Positions 44,349 through 54,907 of a stretch of DNA of 64,000 bases are shown here, one piece after another; within the stretch, counting starts at the first letter, position 1; each line of letters begins with the position of its first letter. The stretch comes from a virus. Its lineage: Duplodnaviria; Caudoviricetes. Below the pieces are notes generated by a model. The model saw only the letters and a program-made list of their open reading frames with translations. It searched no databases and was not told the origin of the DNA. Where the stretch lies: the IMG/VR virus record IMGVR_UViG_3300031992_000012, positions 64,001 through 128,000 of that record; one strand, 5' to 3'. The position numbers and the translations under genes were made by a program.

Positions 44349-46415
44349 ATGGCTACTGAACCTTTTGAACAAAAATTTGGCATTCTCGCGGACAGCACGC
44401 TCAACGCCAAGCTGCCGGAGATGAAGACTTTCGCTATCGGCTTCCAGGTCGTAGACACGGAGGACGAGAACAGCCGGGCCTTTGGCGTCCAGCTCTACAA
44501 CATAGGCAAACACCTCGTAATGGTCCCCATGTTCTGGCTCAAGGGCAAGGTCAAGGGCGGCGAGGTCATGTACGTAAAGGACCTGAACCGTTTCCTCCCG
44601 TTCACCGAGGTCGACGTGAACAACCTAAAGACGGGCAAGACCTTCAGCATGGGCGACCCCGAGCCGGAAGGCGACAAGAAGAGCAAGGGCGACGCGTACA
44701 GCGTCTCCACGATGGAGCTCAACTGGCTCAATACCAAACGGGCAGGCGAAGTCACGCTGATCGACAAGCGCGACATCGCGCAGATGCTAGCCCATACAGG
44801 CGAGTACAAGATGCCCGAACTGAAGGACATCAGGATGTTCGGCCCCAAGGCCGCCGCCGACTTCACGCAGACCATGAAGGACCATCCGGAGTTCACGAAT
44901 ACCCTCATGCGTTTCCACACGCCGGAGGAAATAGCGGACGCCGTGATGCCTGGGCTGCGCAACGGCGCCCTTATAGAGAAGACGGCCTCGATAAAGCCGA
45001 AGACCGCACTCTACTTCGTGGACGACCCCTTCTGCAAGGAGGCCAAGGAGCTTCCTATGGAGCTCAAGCAGCTCCTCATGCGGGAAGGCATAGTGGCCGT
45101 GGACTCCCGTAAGGAGGCTTCAATCGCTCTCAAGGAGAAGAAGGCCGTAACTCGCTATGCGAACCCGACGTCGTCCGGCAAGTACAAGCTTGTAGGCTAT
45201 GACGGGACGCTCAAGGACGCAGAAATTATCGTCTTCAACGGGAAGGCCCCGGGATGCGAGGAAGTCCCGTGTTGCTGCGCCGCCGACACGCCGCTCATGC
45301 CCGGAAAGGCCCTCGTGGTCATGGACGGGAGGGCTAGCTACGCCAAGCCATCCCAGCTTACCGTCGACACCGAGGACGTTAAGGATGCCGACCTGGGCAA
45401 GTCCGTCACTGTCGAGGGAATACGTTCCAGCCTTGCCAAGCCAGACGGCGAATGGCAGAGGGACGTCTTTGAGCAGAAAGGCAACGTCGTGTTCTACGAC
45501 AAGTCGCATGATACGGCCTACTGCGGTGAATTAAGGACGGAAGGCGCAGAAATCGTCTTCCGTACAGGCTGGGACCAGCCAACGCTTCGGCTTGTCCTTA
45601 CAGGAAAGCCGGGAACGCTCTTCATCGAGGCCGGTGTCATGTACATACCCTCGACTGCGAAGATGATTGACCTTAGCTCATACAAGCGCAACGACCAGCG
45701 AGAGTTCAAGAGCGTCCAGAGCGCGGTGTCCGACACGCTCGTCCGTGGCGGGTTCGAGACCGTGAAGGTCGCCTCCGACGGTTCGCTGTGGCGCATCGCC
45801 GACAGCAAGGGCGGAAAGGACATGGTCGGATACAACGACAGCTTCCGCTACCTGGTGTCGGAGGTGGGTCTTCGAGCCAAGCAGGCCGCCGAGATTCTCG
45901 CCGACGCAAAGGCCGACAGCAAGTTCGGTCGTTTCGGCGACGGTGTCTCGTTCTGGGTCAAGCGCGCTTCGTTCGACCCGGCGGACGACCCATGGAGGGG
46001 CATCGGCAACGACATCTACGAAACGCGCGAGGCCGGTCTCAAGCTGAGCGGGCCGCTGGACGACAAGGCGCTCAAGCGCATAGAAGACGCCAGCAAGACA
46101 GACGTCAAGGAACTTTTCGACACACAGGTCATGACCGAGCTCGCAAAGAGCGCGTACAGCGTGGACAAGGTGCAGGAATACCTGCCTTACATGGCCCGCG
46201 CCCTCGACCGCGTCTGCCGCACGCTCATCATGTTCTATTGGCATAACGAGGACTTCGAGGAACGCTACGGAAAACAGAACATCCCGCAGCTCGAGGACTC
46301 CCTCAAGGACAATATCCAGTCGCTCGGCGGTCTTATCAGCTACCTGAAGGACAAGACGGTAAAGGACGACGACATGGAAGAGGATGAAGACGAACTCTCG
46401 GAGGAGATGGCATAA
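44349..46415 (+). CDS. large K-x-A-rich virion/head-core protein
   Basis: 688 aa in the head module; KRAG, KTAS, KEAS, KVAS, KQAA, KRAS. Confidence 0.7.
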   Translation: MATEPFEQKFGILADSTLNAKLPEMKTFAIGFQVVDTEDENSRAFGVQLYNIGKHLVMVPMFWLKGKVKGGEVMYVKDLNRFLPFTEVDVNNLKTGKTFSMGDPEPEGDKKSKGDAYSVSTMELNWLNTKRAGEVTLIDKRDIAQMLAHTGEYKMPELKDIRMFGPKAAADFTQTMKDHPEFTNTLMRFHTPEEIADAVMPGLRNGALIEKTASIKPKTALYFVDDPFCKEAKELPMELKQLLMREGIVAVDSRKEASIALKEKKAVTRYANPTSSGKYKLVGYDGTLKDAEIIVFNGKAPGCEEVPCCCAADTPLMPGKALVVMDGRASYAKPSQLTVDTEDVKDADLGKSVTVEGIRSSLAKPDGEWQRDVFEQKGNVVFYDKSHDTAYCGELRTEGAEIVFRTGWDQPTLRLVLTGKPGTLFIEAGVMYIPSTAKMIDLSSYKRNDQREFKSVQSAVSDTLVRGGFETVKVASDGSLWRIADSKGGKDMVGYNDSFRYLVSEVGLRAKQAAEILADAKADSKFGRFGDGVSFWVKRASFDPADDPWRGIGNDIYETREAGLKLSGPLDDKALKRIEDASKTDVKELFDTQVMTELAKSAYSVDKVQEYLPYMARALDRVCRTLIMFYWHNEDFEERYGKQNIPQLEDSLKDNIQSLGGLISYLKDKTVKDDDMEEDEDELSEEMA

Positions 46416-46939
46416 TGAACGAACTTAAGCAAAAACTCCATGAAAAGCTTCTGGCGAAGAAGCAGGCCGGCCTCGGGGGGGATGCCTCGGAGGGCATCAA
46501 CGCCCCGCTGTCCCGTATGAGCGACGGCCGTTACAACATGGCCGGCGCGGCTCTCATGGGTGGTGGAACCGGTCTTGCAACCTACCTGATCAGCCGTCTG
46601 TTCGGACTCAAGAACGGCCCGAGCATCGTGGCTGCGCTGCTGGGCGGCCTCGGCGGAATCCACTATTCAATGGGCAAGCAGTACGCCAACGGCGGCGTAT
46701 ACAGCCCCATGAACTTCGACTGGTTCAACGACGCCTACAAAAGATGGCAGCAGGCCAAGAAGGGCATTCTGCCAACACCTGAACAGGCTGCACAGACTGC
46801 GCACAATATGGAAGTCGCCAAGAATCAGCGCAGACGTCCGGCCCCCTCTCCAATCCAGCAGCCGGAAACACATATGGCTGAAACAGAAATGAACAGGGAA
46901 GCGCTGAACAGCCGGGCCGAACAAAACGGCCTCCAGTGA
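46415..46939 (+). CDS. glycine-zipper membrane protein with K-x-A leader
   Basis: LLAKKQAG; GAALMGGGTG / ALLGGLGG. Confidence 0.75.
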   Translation: MNELKQKLHEKLLAKKQAGLGGDASEGINAPLSRMSDGRYNMAGAALMGGGTGLATYLISRLFGLKNGPSIVAALLGGLGGIHYSMGKQYANGGVYSPMNFDWFNDAYKRWQQAKKGILPTPEQAAQTAHNMEVAKNQRRRPAPSPIQQPETHMAETEMNREALNSRAEQNGLQ

Positions 46940-46967
46940 TAATTGATTTTTTAAAAGGGACAACACA

Positions 46968-47801
46968 ATGCTAGACTACCGGCAGGACATCTCAGAGGGT
47001 CCGGCCCGGCTATGGCGGAGGATTCAAAAAAGGGCGCAGATGCGTTCCCGTGGCGAGTCCCCCGCCGTATTGCCGATACCTGTCGAGGATACGGACATCG
47101 AATCCTTCTACGAGGTTATGACGGACCATACGATACCCATGGAGGTCGTGGAGCAGGCCTTCCCCGACCACTACAGGGCTGTCCGCTGGTATTTGTCGAC
47201 TTCGCAGAGCAGCCCACGCTGGCTGCTCGAGGCCTACCTGCTCACAGGACGCCCGATGGACGGCATACTGCAGGAGACGGGGATGAAGAATTTCTCCCTC
47301 TCCGTCGACATCTACCGTAGGGCCTTCTTCAATGTCCTGCCTGAGCAACTTGAGAGCCCGGTCTGGATGAACACGCACATATGGGTGCCTGGATCACTCC
47401 ACGCCAACGGGCTATACTACTATGATTACATATTGAAGCTGGCCGCCGTATCGCGTCCGGACCTTATATTAATACTGGCGTCACCCAGGCACCTACCCAG
47501 CGAGGCGCAGAAGTGGCTGCGCCACACAGTCGAGGACCACCGTGACAGGCAGGCCCTCGCCGCAGGCAACATCGCATCCAAGGCCCCTGTGGAGACACAG
47601 GTGATGATTACGGAGAACACTCTCCGCGATTGGCGCGCCGACCGCGAAAGCGAAGGCCTCGCCGCCCAGGACAGCGAGGCGCTGCGGGAACTAATGGAAG
47701 TAGTCGAACGCAACGTGTCCATACCGAGACCGGAGGACAAGCTGCCAGACATACAGGAATTCATATCAGAGAAATACTCCGACGAGGACATTATCAAATG
47801 A
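46968..47801 (+). CDS. hypothetical protein (head module)
   Basis: 277-aa ORF with RBS. Confidence 0.75.
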   Translation: MLDYRQDISEGPARLWRRIQKRAQMRSRGESPAVLPIPVEDTDIESFYEVMTDHTIPMEVVEQAFPDHYRAVRWYLSTSQSSPRWLLEAYLLTGRPMDGILQETGMKNFSLSVDIYRRAFFNVLPEQLESPVWMNTHIWVPGSLHANGLYYYDYILKLAAVSRPDLILILASPRHLPSEAQKWLRHTVEDHRDRQALAAGNIASKAPVETQVMITENTLRDWRADRESEGLAAQDSEALRELMEVVERNVSIPRPEDKLPDIQEFISEKYSDEDIIK

Positions 47802-49897
47802 AGAAGATAAGCCCCATGGCGGAAATGCGGATGGTTGACACAATCCGTGCCGCCCGAGAATCCAGTGGCCGGGGAACGAACCCCAGCGAGGCCGTGGCGA
47901 AACTCGCCATGGAGCAGAACATGTCCACCGAACAGGCGGCCCGCATCTGCGAGGCCTTCAACAAGCTCGCGTCCATAGACCACCTGTCCAGTGATCAAGG
48001 GGACAGGGCGGCCAACTTCCCGCTGGCCGACAGCTCGGCGGTGCGGAAGATTATGCGCGACTCGCTCAAGATCGCCAACGAGCCGTTCAAGTTCCGCCGT
48101 ACGATAAACGACGATTTGCCTTTGCCCAAGATGACGGACAAGCAGGCTATGGAAATGATCTACAAGCCGACCGAGGAAGAGCGGAAGATGCTCGACACGG
48201 CGACAGACCGCATGCAGTATCTCGCGGACTGGGAGAGGATGCAGAGCGGAGTCAAGGCCATGAAGGTCGCCTCGGAGGAGGCGCGTCTCGGCGAGCTGAT
48301 GTTCGGCGAGGCTTTTATCAAGTTCGGGAACAAGGTCGCGTCCATGGATGACAGGGCCGTCGACAACATGGCCCGCTACGCTGTCTACAACTATGGAAAG
48401 GACGGTGTGAATTTTCTAACGGCGTTGGAAAATTTGACAGGCCGTGAGATCGACAAGAGCAGCCGCCCCTGCATGAAGACAGGGAGCGACGCCGAGAACG
48501 AAGTCGACAGGCTCATGTTCATGGCGGACAACGCCAAGGCGCTCAAAGTGGCGGCCGACCTTGTGATCGACGGGAATAAAATACCTTTTGGGTACTCGAT
48601 GTCTATTTACGACCCGAACCTCAATCCAGCGCAAGTAAACCAGGCGTCGAGTGACCTTACAGCTAAAAGAAAGGCTCTACAGAACATAAACTCTAACTAC
48701 GCCTATCAGGTTAACGAGGATTTGGCAGAGAAGCTGGATCGTCCCGACCTTACCGGAGCCGGCTCCGAGGCTGTCAAACAGTGGAATAGCCGGCTGAATA
48801 CTGTTGGGAAGCTAAAGGACACGACGTTTAATGAATCGCAGCGTGACACCGTTGAGGACACTAAGAAGATTCAGAACGCCATAAGCAAGATCAGGGCTGA
48901 GTTTGAGAAAAACGAGCTTGGTACTGTCCAGGACACCCAGCACATCCGTAATGAGATGGGTCATACCCAGGCTCAGCACGACCAGGCCACACAGGCCACT
49001 CGGAACAGCACCGACGCAATCCGTGTCAGCCTTGATAACGCCAGGGCGTTGTTCGACCAGCGGCAACAGCCCGGAAAGCTGATTACGGAAGCTGACAGAA
49101 ACCAGGTCGAAGCGGCCAAGGCCCGTGACGCGGCGGCCGAGCAGAGGGCCATAGACAACGCCCGTGCTACCGGTCGTTTGAGCACCGTCGAGGACAACGC
49201 CCTTAGGACGGAGGAAACAAGAGAGCTGGAGGCAGAGCAGAAATACCAGCATGCCCAGGCCGTCAAGGACTACGAGAACGCCCTTGCCGGTCGAGGGGAT
49301 ACAGAAGCCAAGCGCATGCTGCGCCAGTATGAGCGCGCCGAGGCCGACCGTGCATGGATGGAGGAGGAACGCCTCCGCAAGTCACGCGTCGACAATTTCA
49401 ACAGGCTGAAGGAACAGGGCGACCGCACGTCCAAGGCCCTGCAGGAAATGGCGAACAACACGCTCGCCAACACCAAGAGCGTCCTCAGCGGCGCCGTCGG
49501 CATAATGCAGAAAGCCGACGCGATCCGTCAGGCCCTCACACCGGAACAGCGTTCGGGAAACGCGGCCGCGCGCCCGCTCTCCAACGCGGCCACCAAGTAT
49601 CTTGAGAATCTCCGCCTCCACGACGTCTTCGCAAAGACATACCTTTCCGACCCGTACCTGCACCAGTATTCGCCGTCGGAAGTTGCGGAAGCCTTCAATA
49701 TCGTCTATGAGGTCGCCCCCGAGCTTGTGCGCCACGGGAGCAACCCGCATATAATCGGCGCCCTTATCAGGAAGTACCTCGCCAACACCAACCAGCTTGA
49801 CCCGCTCGAAATCCGCGACCTCACCTCGACAGAGAAGGACCGTGTGGACACGATGCTCAAGCAGGAGCAGCTCGAGGCGATTAAGAGGGGCAAGTAA
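47798..49897 (+). CDS. coiled-coil K-x-A-rich virion/head-core protein
   Basis: ATGA overlap; KLAM, KLAS, KIAN, KVAS x2, KVAA. Confidence 0.7.
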   Translation: MKKISPMAEMRMVDTIRAARESSGRGTNPSEAVAKLAMEQNMSTEQAARICEAFNKLASIDHLSSDQGDRAANFPLADSSAVRKIMRDSLKIANEPFKFRRTINDDLPLPKMTDKQAMEMIYKPTEEERKMLDTATDRMQYLADWERMQSGVKAMKVASEEARLGELMFGEAFIKFGNKVASMDDRAVDNMARYAVYNYGKDGVNFLTALENLTGREIDKSSRPCMKTGSDAENEVDRLMFMADNAKALKVAADLVIDGNKIPFGYSMSIYDPNLNPAQVNQASSDLTAKRKALQNINSNYAYQVNEDLAEKLDRPDLTGAGSEAVKQWNSRLNTVGKLKDTTFNESQRDTVEDTKKIQNAISKIRAEFEKNELGTVQDTQHIRNEMGHTQAQHDQATQATRNSTDAIRVSLDNARALFDQRQQPGKLITEADRNQVEAAKARDAAAEQRAIDNARATGRLSTVEDNALRTEETRELEAEQKYQHAQAVKDYENALAGRGDTEAKRMLRQYERAEADRAWMEEERLRKSRVDNFNRLKEQGDRTSKALQEMANNTLANTKSVLSGAVGIMQKADAIRQALTPEQRSGNAAARPLSNAATKYLENLRLHDVFAKTYLSDPYLHQYSPSEVAEAFNIVYEVAPELVRHGSNPHIIGALIRKYLANTNQLDPLEIRDLTSTEKDRVDTMLKQEQLEAIKRGK
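48412..48434. repeat. dispersed palindrome, variant copy
   Basis: TTTTCTAACGGCGTTGGAAAATT (1-nt insertion, 1 mismatch). Confidence 0.5.
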
Positions 49898-51309
49898 TGA
49901 ACAAGAACTACGCGTATAAATCCCTTCTGCCGGACGACAACAAGACCGAGCCCGCTGTCCTCATCGACAGCAAGGTCCTGCCGGACAAGCTCGCGTCCAA
50001 GTGCGCGTCCGACACGAAGGAGTTCATAAAGGGCATAAAGCCTGACAAGGACCACAGCTACGTCCACCTTATCAGCACAGGCGCCCTGGAGTGGTACGGC
50101 CCCAACAAGCGCGGCGACTCCTTCAACGAGGCCGGCGGCATCTACAAGCCGACCGAGCCTTACTGCAAGGAGGCGTCGGAAGTCGAGCTTGACGGCGGGC
50201 TTACCAAGTACCACAACCCGACCTTCCAGGCCAACGGCAAGGTCTACCGCGAGCACCACAGCATTGTCGAGGACGCGTCCAACAAGCCGCTCGGAGAAGT
50301 GGTGTTCGCCACATACAACCAGCCGATGCACCGTGGCGAGCTTGTTGTAAAGCTCTCCAACGAGGAATGGAAGGACGACCTTGAACGCCTGGCCAAGGGA
50401 AAGCCCTGCTATTACAGCATGGGCTGCCTGACACCGGACGATGTCTGCTCTGTCTGCGGAAAGAGGACAAACCCAAACGACACCAAGAACCGCTGCGAAC
50501 ACCTCAAGGACCATTTGCTCGAGTACACGGACAAGGGCGTCCAGGTGCATGCGATAACCGACCATCCAATCTTCTACGACATCAGCCGTGTCGCGCGTCC
50601 CGCCGACAAGATTGCGTTCTCGCTCGGCAAAGTCGCCTCCGACCGTGGCCCTCTTCCTGTAATCCCGGTAAGGATGGTGGATGGCTCAATGTCCCGCCGC
50701 GCCGACCGCCTCGACCTGATTATGAAAATCGCCGCCGAGGAGAAGACGATGACGGAGCAGGAGAAAGTCCCGGTAGAGGACGTCTCCGAGGAGGACAAGG
50801 AGACAATCAAGAAGCTGAAGGGAAAGGACGGCGGAAAGGTTCTCATCATCCTGCGGAAGCACAACACCATGCTACCCCCGCCCGCTTTCCTTGAACTGCT
50901 GGCAGGCGACGGCAACGTCCCGCATGACGCCCTTCCCTTGATCGGTGAACACCTTGATGGTATCTTTAACTCGTTGTTGAAGGACGGCTCCATCAACGGG
51001 TTTGTTGACGACGGGACGTATGACGGCGACGCAGACGACAGGGAAATAGAAGACATTGTCATGCCCCTTGTCAGACGCTACTCGTTCGATGACGTTCCCT
51101 TCCAGAAGAGAATAATAAGAATCACAATCTGCCCTGGCTCGAAGATAGCCTCCGACAGACGAATGATAGTTACCCCCGGGGCCGACGCGCTTGCCGCCAA
51201 GCTCGCCAGGGAGTATGCCCGTTATCAGTTGTCGTTCCTAACAGAGCATCCGGATCGCCGCACGATAAGGCAGGCCCTATCGGGCAACCACCCGTTCGTG
51301 ATGGCATGA
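49897..51309 (+). CDS. putative prohead maturation protease
   Basis: N..GD.F, YREH, SMGC, CSVCG..C.H, FYDISRV..PAD (HK97/U35-like); located upstream of the scaffold and MCP. Confidence 0.7.
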   Translation: MNKNYAYKSLLPDDNKTEPAVLIDSKVLPDKLASKCASDTKEFIKGIKPDKDHSYVHLISTGALEWYGPNKRGDSFNEAGGIYKPTEPYCKEASEVELDGGLTKYHNPTFQANGKVYREHHSIVEDASNKPLGEVVFATYNQPMHRGELVVKLSNEEWKDDLERLAKGKPCYYSMGCLTPDDVCSVCGKRTNPNDTKNRCEHLKDHLLEYTDKGVQVHAITDHPIFYDISRVARPADKIAFSLGKVASDRGPLPVIPVRMVDGSMSRRADRLDLIMKIAAEEKTMTEQEKVPVEDVSEEDKETIKKLKGKDGGKVLIILRKHNTMLPPPAFLELLAGDGNVPHDALPLIGEHLDGIFNSLLKDGSINGFVDDGTYDGDADDREIEDIVMPLVRRYSFDDVPFQKRIIRITICPGSKIASDRRMIVTPGADALAAKLAREYARYQLSFLTEHPDRRTIRQALSGNHPFVMA

Positions 51310-51405
51310 TGCTGAGAAACGCCGCCCTGTCCGGCGGCCCGCGCCAGGCACGCCACGCGTCCTGGAAGGCTCGAAGACACGAGTCATGGACACATAGAAG
51401 AGATT

Positions 51406-52650
51406 ATGGCAAACAAGACTACTTATCAGGACGCGATGCAATTCGCCATGCAGTTCCTCCAGAACTACGGGGCTGACCCGAAGCTCGCCGAGGACCCCAA
51501 CCGCCCGGCGCTTGTCCCCGATGACATGAAGGAAGGCAAGCCACAGACCGACGAAGTCGACAAGGGCGACGGAAACAAGCAGGAACAGGGTGCCCCCGGC
51601 AAGGAAACAGCCGAGGACGTCGCCAAGATGGAACCCGACGGCGCCAGCGTCGAAGGTGATCGCAAGAACACCGGCGACAGCGCGGAAGGCATCATCAAGA
51701 ACCCGCCCACCGTCTCGACCTCGGAAGAGCCGAAAGACGACATCGACAAGATGGACAATGTCGACCCCGCCTTCAAGAAGGCGTACGCCAGCTACCTCAA
51801 GCTGTCGAACGGAGTCATTGGCCTGATTGACGACACGTTCAACGAAGCCGCTGAAAAGAACGCCTCCGACGACGCCGTCCTCGACGAAATCGTCCAGAGC
51901 GCAATCAACACCAAGGCCCAGCACATCGACTTTCTCGTCCATGAATTCGGCGTCTCGCCGAAGCAGGCGAACGACATGCTGAACCAGTTGGCCGACCAGG
52001 ACCCTACCGCCGTCCTCCCTCCCGAAGCCATCAGCGATGAAGAGGCCGAACAGGTCCTCGCAGACGCCGCTGCCGCCGACGCGGGCGCCCCTGCCCCCGA
52101 AGCCGCTCCTGAAGGCGGCGACGATGTCGACGCCGACATCCAGCAGTTCATTGAAGAGATGCAGGGTCAGGGCTACTCCGATGATGAAATCATGGCAGCC
52201 CTAGAACAGGCCGCCGACATCGTTGGGCAGGAAGAAGGCGGCGCCGCCGCCCCGGAAGGCGAAGTCGCGCCGGAAGCCGCGAAGGCCGCCTCGGACCCTA
52301 CTGAGCCGGGCGCCGCTGAAGTCGGTGGCCCGGGAGAAGCCGAAGCCGCTGCCGCCCCTGCCCCTGAAGCCGCTCCTGAAGGCGGCGACATGGGCAACGT
52401 CGAAGGCGAGCTGAGCGAAATCGTCTCGCAGCTCCAGGACGAAGGCTACAGCCAGGAGGATATCGCGCAGGCCCTCATGGAAGAACTCGACATTTCGCCT
52501 GACGAAATCGTCGACACCGTCATGCAGGACCTCCAGTCCAAAGGCTTCACCGAAGAGGAAGCCGGTGAGTTGCTCTCCAATCTCGGGGAGCTTGAACAGC
52601 AAGGTGTGACACCTGAGCAGTTCGCGCAGGTCATCGACCAGCTCCAGTAA
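51406..52650 (+). CDS. acidic scaffold-like protein
   Basis: Very Asp/Glu/Ala-rich; duplicated APAPEAAPEGGD; lies between the protease and MCP. Confidence 0.65.
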   Translation: MANKTTYQDAMQFAMQFLQNYGADPKLAEDPNRPALVPDDMKEGKPQTDEVDKGDGNKQEQGAPGKETAEDVAKMEPDGASVEGDRKNTGDSAEGIIKNPPTVSTSEEPKDDIDKMDNVDPAFKKAYASYLKLSNGVIGLIDDTFNEAAEKNASDDAVLDEIVQSAINTKAQHIDFLVHEFGVSPKQANDMLNQLADQDPTAVLPPEAISDEEAEQVLADAAAADAGAPAPEAAPEGGDDVDADIQQFIEEMQGQGYSDDEIMAALEQAADIVGQEEGGAAAPEGEVAPEAAKAASDPTEPGAAEVGGPGEAEAAAAPAPEAAPEGGDMGNVEGELSEIVSQLQDEGYSQEDIAQALMEELDISPDEIVDTVMQDLQSKGFTEEEAGELLSNLGELEQQGVTPEQFAQVIDQLQ

Positions 52651-52662
52651 GGGAGGTTGACA

Positions 52663-53058
52663 ATGCCCGACATCGCAAAACTGTCTGCACTTTCGTTGCA
52701 GGCCCTCAAGGCAGCCGAAGAGGTCCGCCTCTTGCAGTCGAGCAAGATCGCCAGCCAGGAGGCGGAGATCAACCGTCTCCGCTCCCAGCAGCAAGGCGCG
52801 GAGCAATTCCGCGCCCTTGTGGCAAAACTTGCCTCCGTCGGAGTTGTAGACCGCCTCAACGCAGTGTATTTTGATAAAAACGTTACCGACGAGAACGTGA
52901 CCGAGTTCATCACAAAACTTGCGAGCGCCGTCGATACGCCCAAGCAGAAGACAACCGTGTCACCCTACGAAGTGACGGGAGTCACGGAACAGAGTACCAA
53001 CAGGGACCAGGCAGCCGGTGACTGCGAGCGCAAGCTCCGCGACATCGTAGGCCGATAG
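52663..53058 (+). CDS. small coiled-coil head-assembly protein
   Basis: GGAGG RBS; KIAS, KLAS x2. Confidence 0.7.
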   Translation: MPDIAKLSALSLQALKAAEEVRLLQSSKIASQEAEINRLRSQQQGAEQFRALVAKLASVGVVDRLNAVYFDKNVTDENVTEFITKLASAVDTPKQKTTVSPYEVTGVTEQSTNRDQAAGDCERKLRDIVGR

Positions 53059-53139
53059 GTTTAACCACAGAACGCGGCGAGCCACGCCGTATGCGCCTTT
53101 CGAGAGGAAGGAAGCCCGTCAAGGGCATGGCCACTAGAT

Positions 53140-53712
53140 ATGCCGAATACAAGATTTACTGCCCAGATGTACGACCACATCATCGACCCTGTCCGTGGCC
53201 CCCAGGTCGGACACCGTCTTGAATACTACGCGCCTGCGGCCATCGGCGAAAGCTGGAACCGTGGCGCGGTCATCAGCGCTGACAACACCGGCAAGCTCGT
53301 TGCCGGCTGCCTTGCGGGTTCCTCCTTCAACCGCCCCATGCCGATGTTCGCCCTTCAGGGCACCGATGACCTCGACGTGTGGTCGGACGACGTCAATCCC
53401 CAGCGCGACGGCGCGGGCGCCCCTGCCGGCGTCCCCTCGGCGCTGGTCGCCTCCGGCGGTTTTGAAATCGCCACCTCGGAATTCGAAGCTGAAGACAGCG
53501 GCGACGCCGTCATCTACAACGTCAACGACCAGCTCACCTGCGATGAAACGGGCAAGCTGATCAAGAAGACCTCCGCTTCGGAACCCACCGTCGGTATCGT
53601 CTCGGCCGCTCGTACGGCCAACGGCGTCCGCAAGAACGAACTCGGTGTCCAGGTCCGCCGCTACACGACCGACCTGCTCTTCCTCTGGACGTTCTTCATC
53701 CCGGCCGAATAG
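53140..53712 (+). CDS. putative capsid decoration/cement protein
   Basis: Beta-rich; Y.VNDQLT..G.L / VGIVS; immediately upstream of the MCP. Confidence 0.6.
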   Translation: MPNTRFTAQMYDHIIDPVRGPQVGHRLEYYAPAAIGESWNRGAVISADNTGKLVAGCLAGSSFNRPMPMFALQGTDDLDVWSDDVNPQRDGAGAPAGVPSALVASGGFEIATSEFEAEDSGDAVIYNVNDQLTCDETGKLIKKTSASEPTVGIVSAARTANGVRKNELGVQVRRYTTDLLFLWTFFIPAE

Positions 53713-53867
53713 TTAATCGCGGCGCCAGCCGCTTTCGACAAGCCCCGTGTAAAAAGCGGGGCTTCAGGCATAAACAAAAGACATGCGGTGAAGCTACATC
53801 GTGTAAGTCCGCAGCCCGCTGCGGGAACAGGAGGGGCCAAGGCCCTGACGCTTAGCCAAATAAACAT

Positions 53868-54896
53868 ATGAGTATTGTTGACCCCAACATCAGAGAAAGC
53901 AACGCCGTCCTTATCGAAGGTCTGCGCAATGAAGCGACACGCAAGGAAGCGGCCGACACCGTCCGCGATTATTTGCGTATTCGTAACCGTGAAGACGGCA
54001 TGGTTGGCAAAATCCTGCCGCGTACGAATATCACCTCCGCCCAGCTCGACCGCCAGGTCGACACCCCCGACCCCGTGGTCGTGAACGACATCGAAGCCGA
54101 CAGCTCCGGCGCCGACGTCGTGGCGTTTGGTACTGGCCCCAAGACCGTCATGATCGACGCCGGTCGTTATGCCGTCGTCTTCAAGCGTATTGAGTCGCGC
54201 CGGTATCAACAGGACGTCAACCGCATGCTGACGTGGAACATGGACATCAAGCAGCAGCTCAAGGACTTCCTCCTGAAGGATATCCAGTACGCTGAAGACG
54301 CCGGTTTCATCGCGGCCTGCAACAGCATCGTCGGCGAAGTCAACACCGTCAACGAGAACGTCGAAAGCTGCCTCTGGACAACCCAGGGCCCGCTGGACCG
54401 TGTCTCCTTCTCCAACGCCCGCAAGGGTCTCCAGGCGACCAACCGTCACCTGCGCTCCACAATCGGTCTGATGAACGACCTCACGGTCTGGGACATCCCG
54501 AAGCTGAACCGCAACGAAATCGGTGGCGACCTTGCTGAAAAGCTGTTCACCGACGGCAACATCATGACCAACGTCATGGGCCTGAACCTGGTTGTCACCA
54601 TCAAGAACGAGCTGGTTGCCGACAACGACCTCTGGCAGTTCGCCAACCCGGAATACCTGGGTGACTTCCTCGTCCTGGACGACATCATCCTCTCTACCGA
54701 GAACATCAACTTCTGGATTGAGTTCTTCGGCTATGAAACCATCGGTATGGCCATCAAGAACATCGCGGCCCTGTGCCGTACATCGTTCACCGGCACCGCC
54801 ACCAACTGGCGTACCGGCGCTCCGGACGGCAACGCCCGTAGCTACTACACCATCCCGAATACCCCGGCGGAAGACGCCAGCAGCTCGGGTAACTGA
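53868..54896 (+). CDS. major capsid protein
   Basis: 342 aa; IR.REDG...KILP and DIQ..ED..F motifs; strong codon bias; position in the head module. Confidence 0.75.
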   Translation: MSIVDPNIRESNAVLIEGLRNEATRKEAADTVRDYLRIRNREDGMVGKILPRTNITSAQLDRQVDTPDPVVVNDIEADSSGADVVAFGTGPKTVMIDAGRYAVVFKRIESRRYQQDVNRMLTWNMDIKQQLKDFLLKDIQYAEDAGFIAACNSIVGEVNTVNENVESCLWTTQGPLDRVSFSNARKGLQATNRHLRSTIGLMNDLTVWDIPKLNRNEIGGDLAEKLFTDGNIMTNVMGLNLVVTIKNELVADNDLWQFANPEYLGDFLVLDDIILSTENINFWIEFFGYETIGMAIKNIAALCRTSFTGTATNWRTGAPDGNARSYYTIPNTPAEDASSSGN

Positions 54897-54907
54897 GTAA
54901 TCCATGG

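Noticed and set aside
44349-49897. Portal or terminase assignment for the large head-module ORFs
   Set aside because: No terminase ATPase or nuclease motifs and no portal signature could be recognised by eye.
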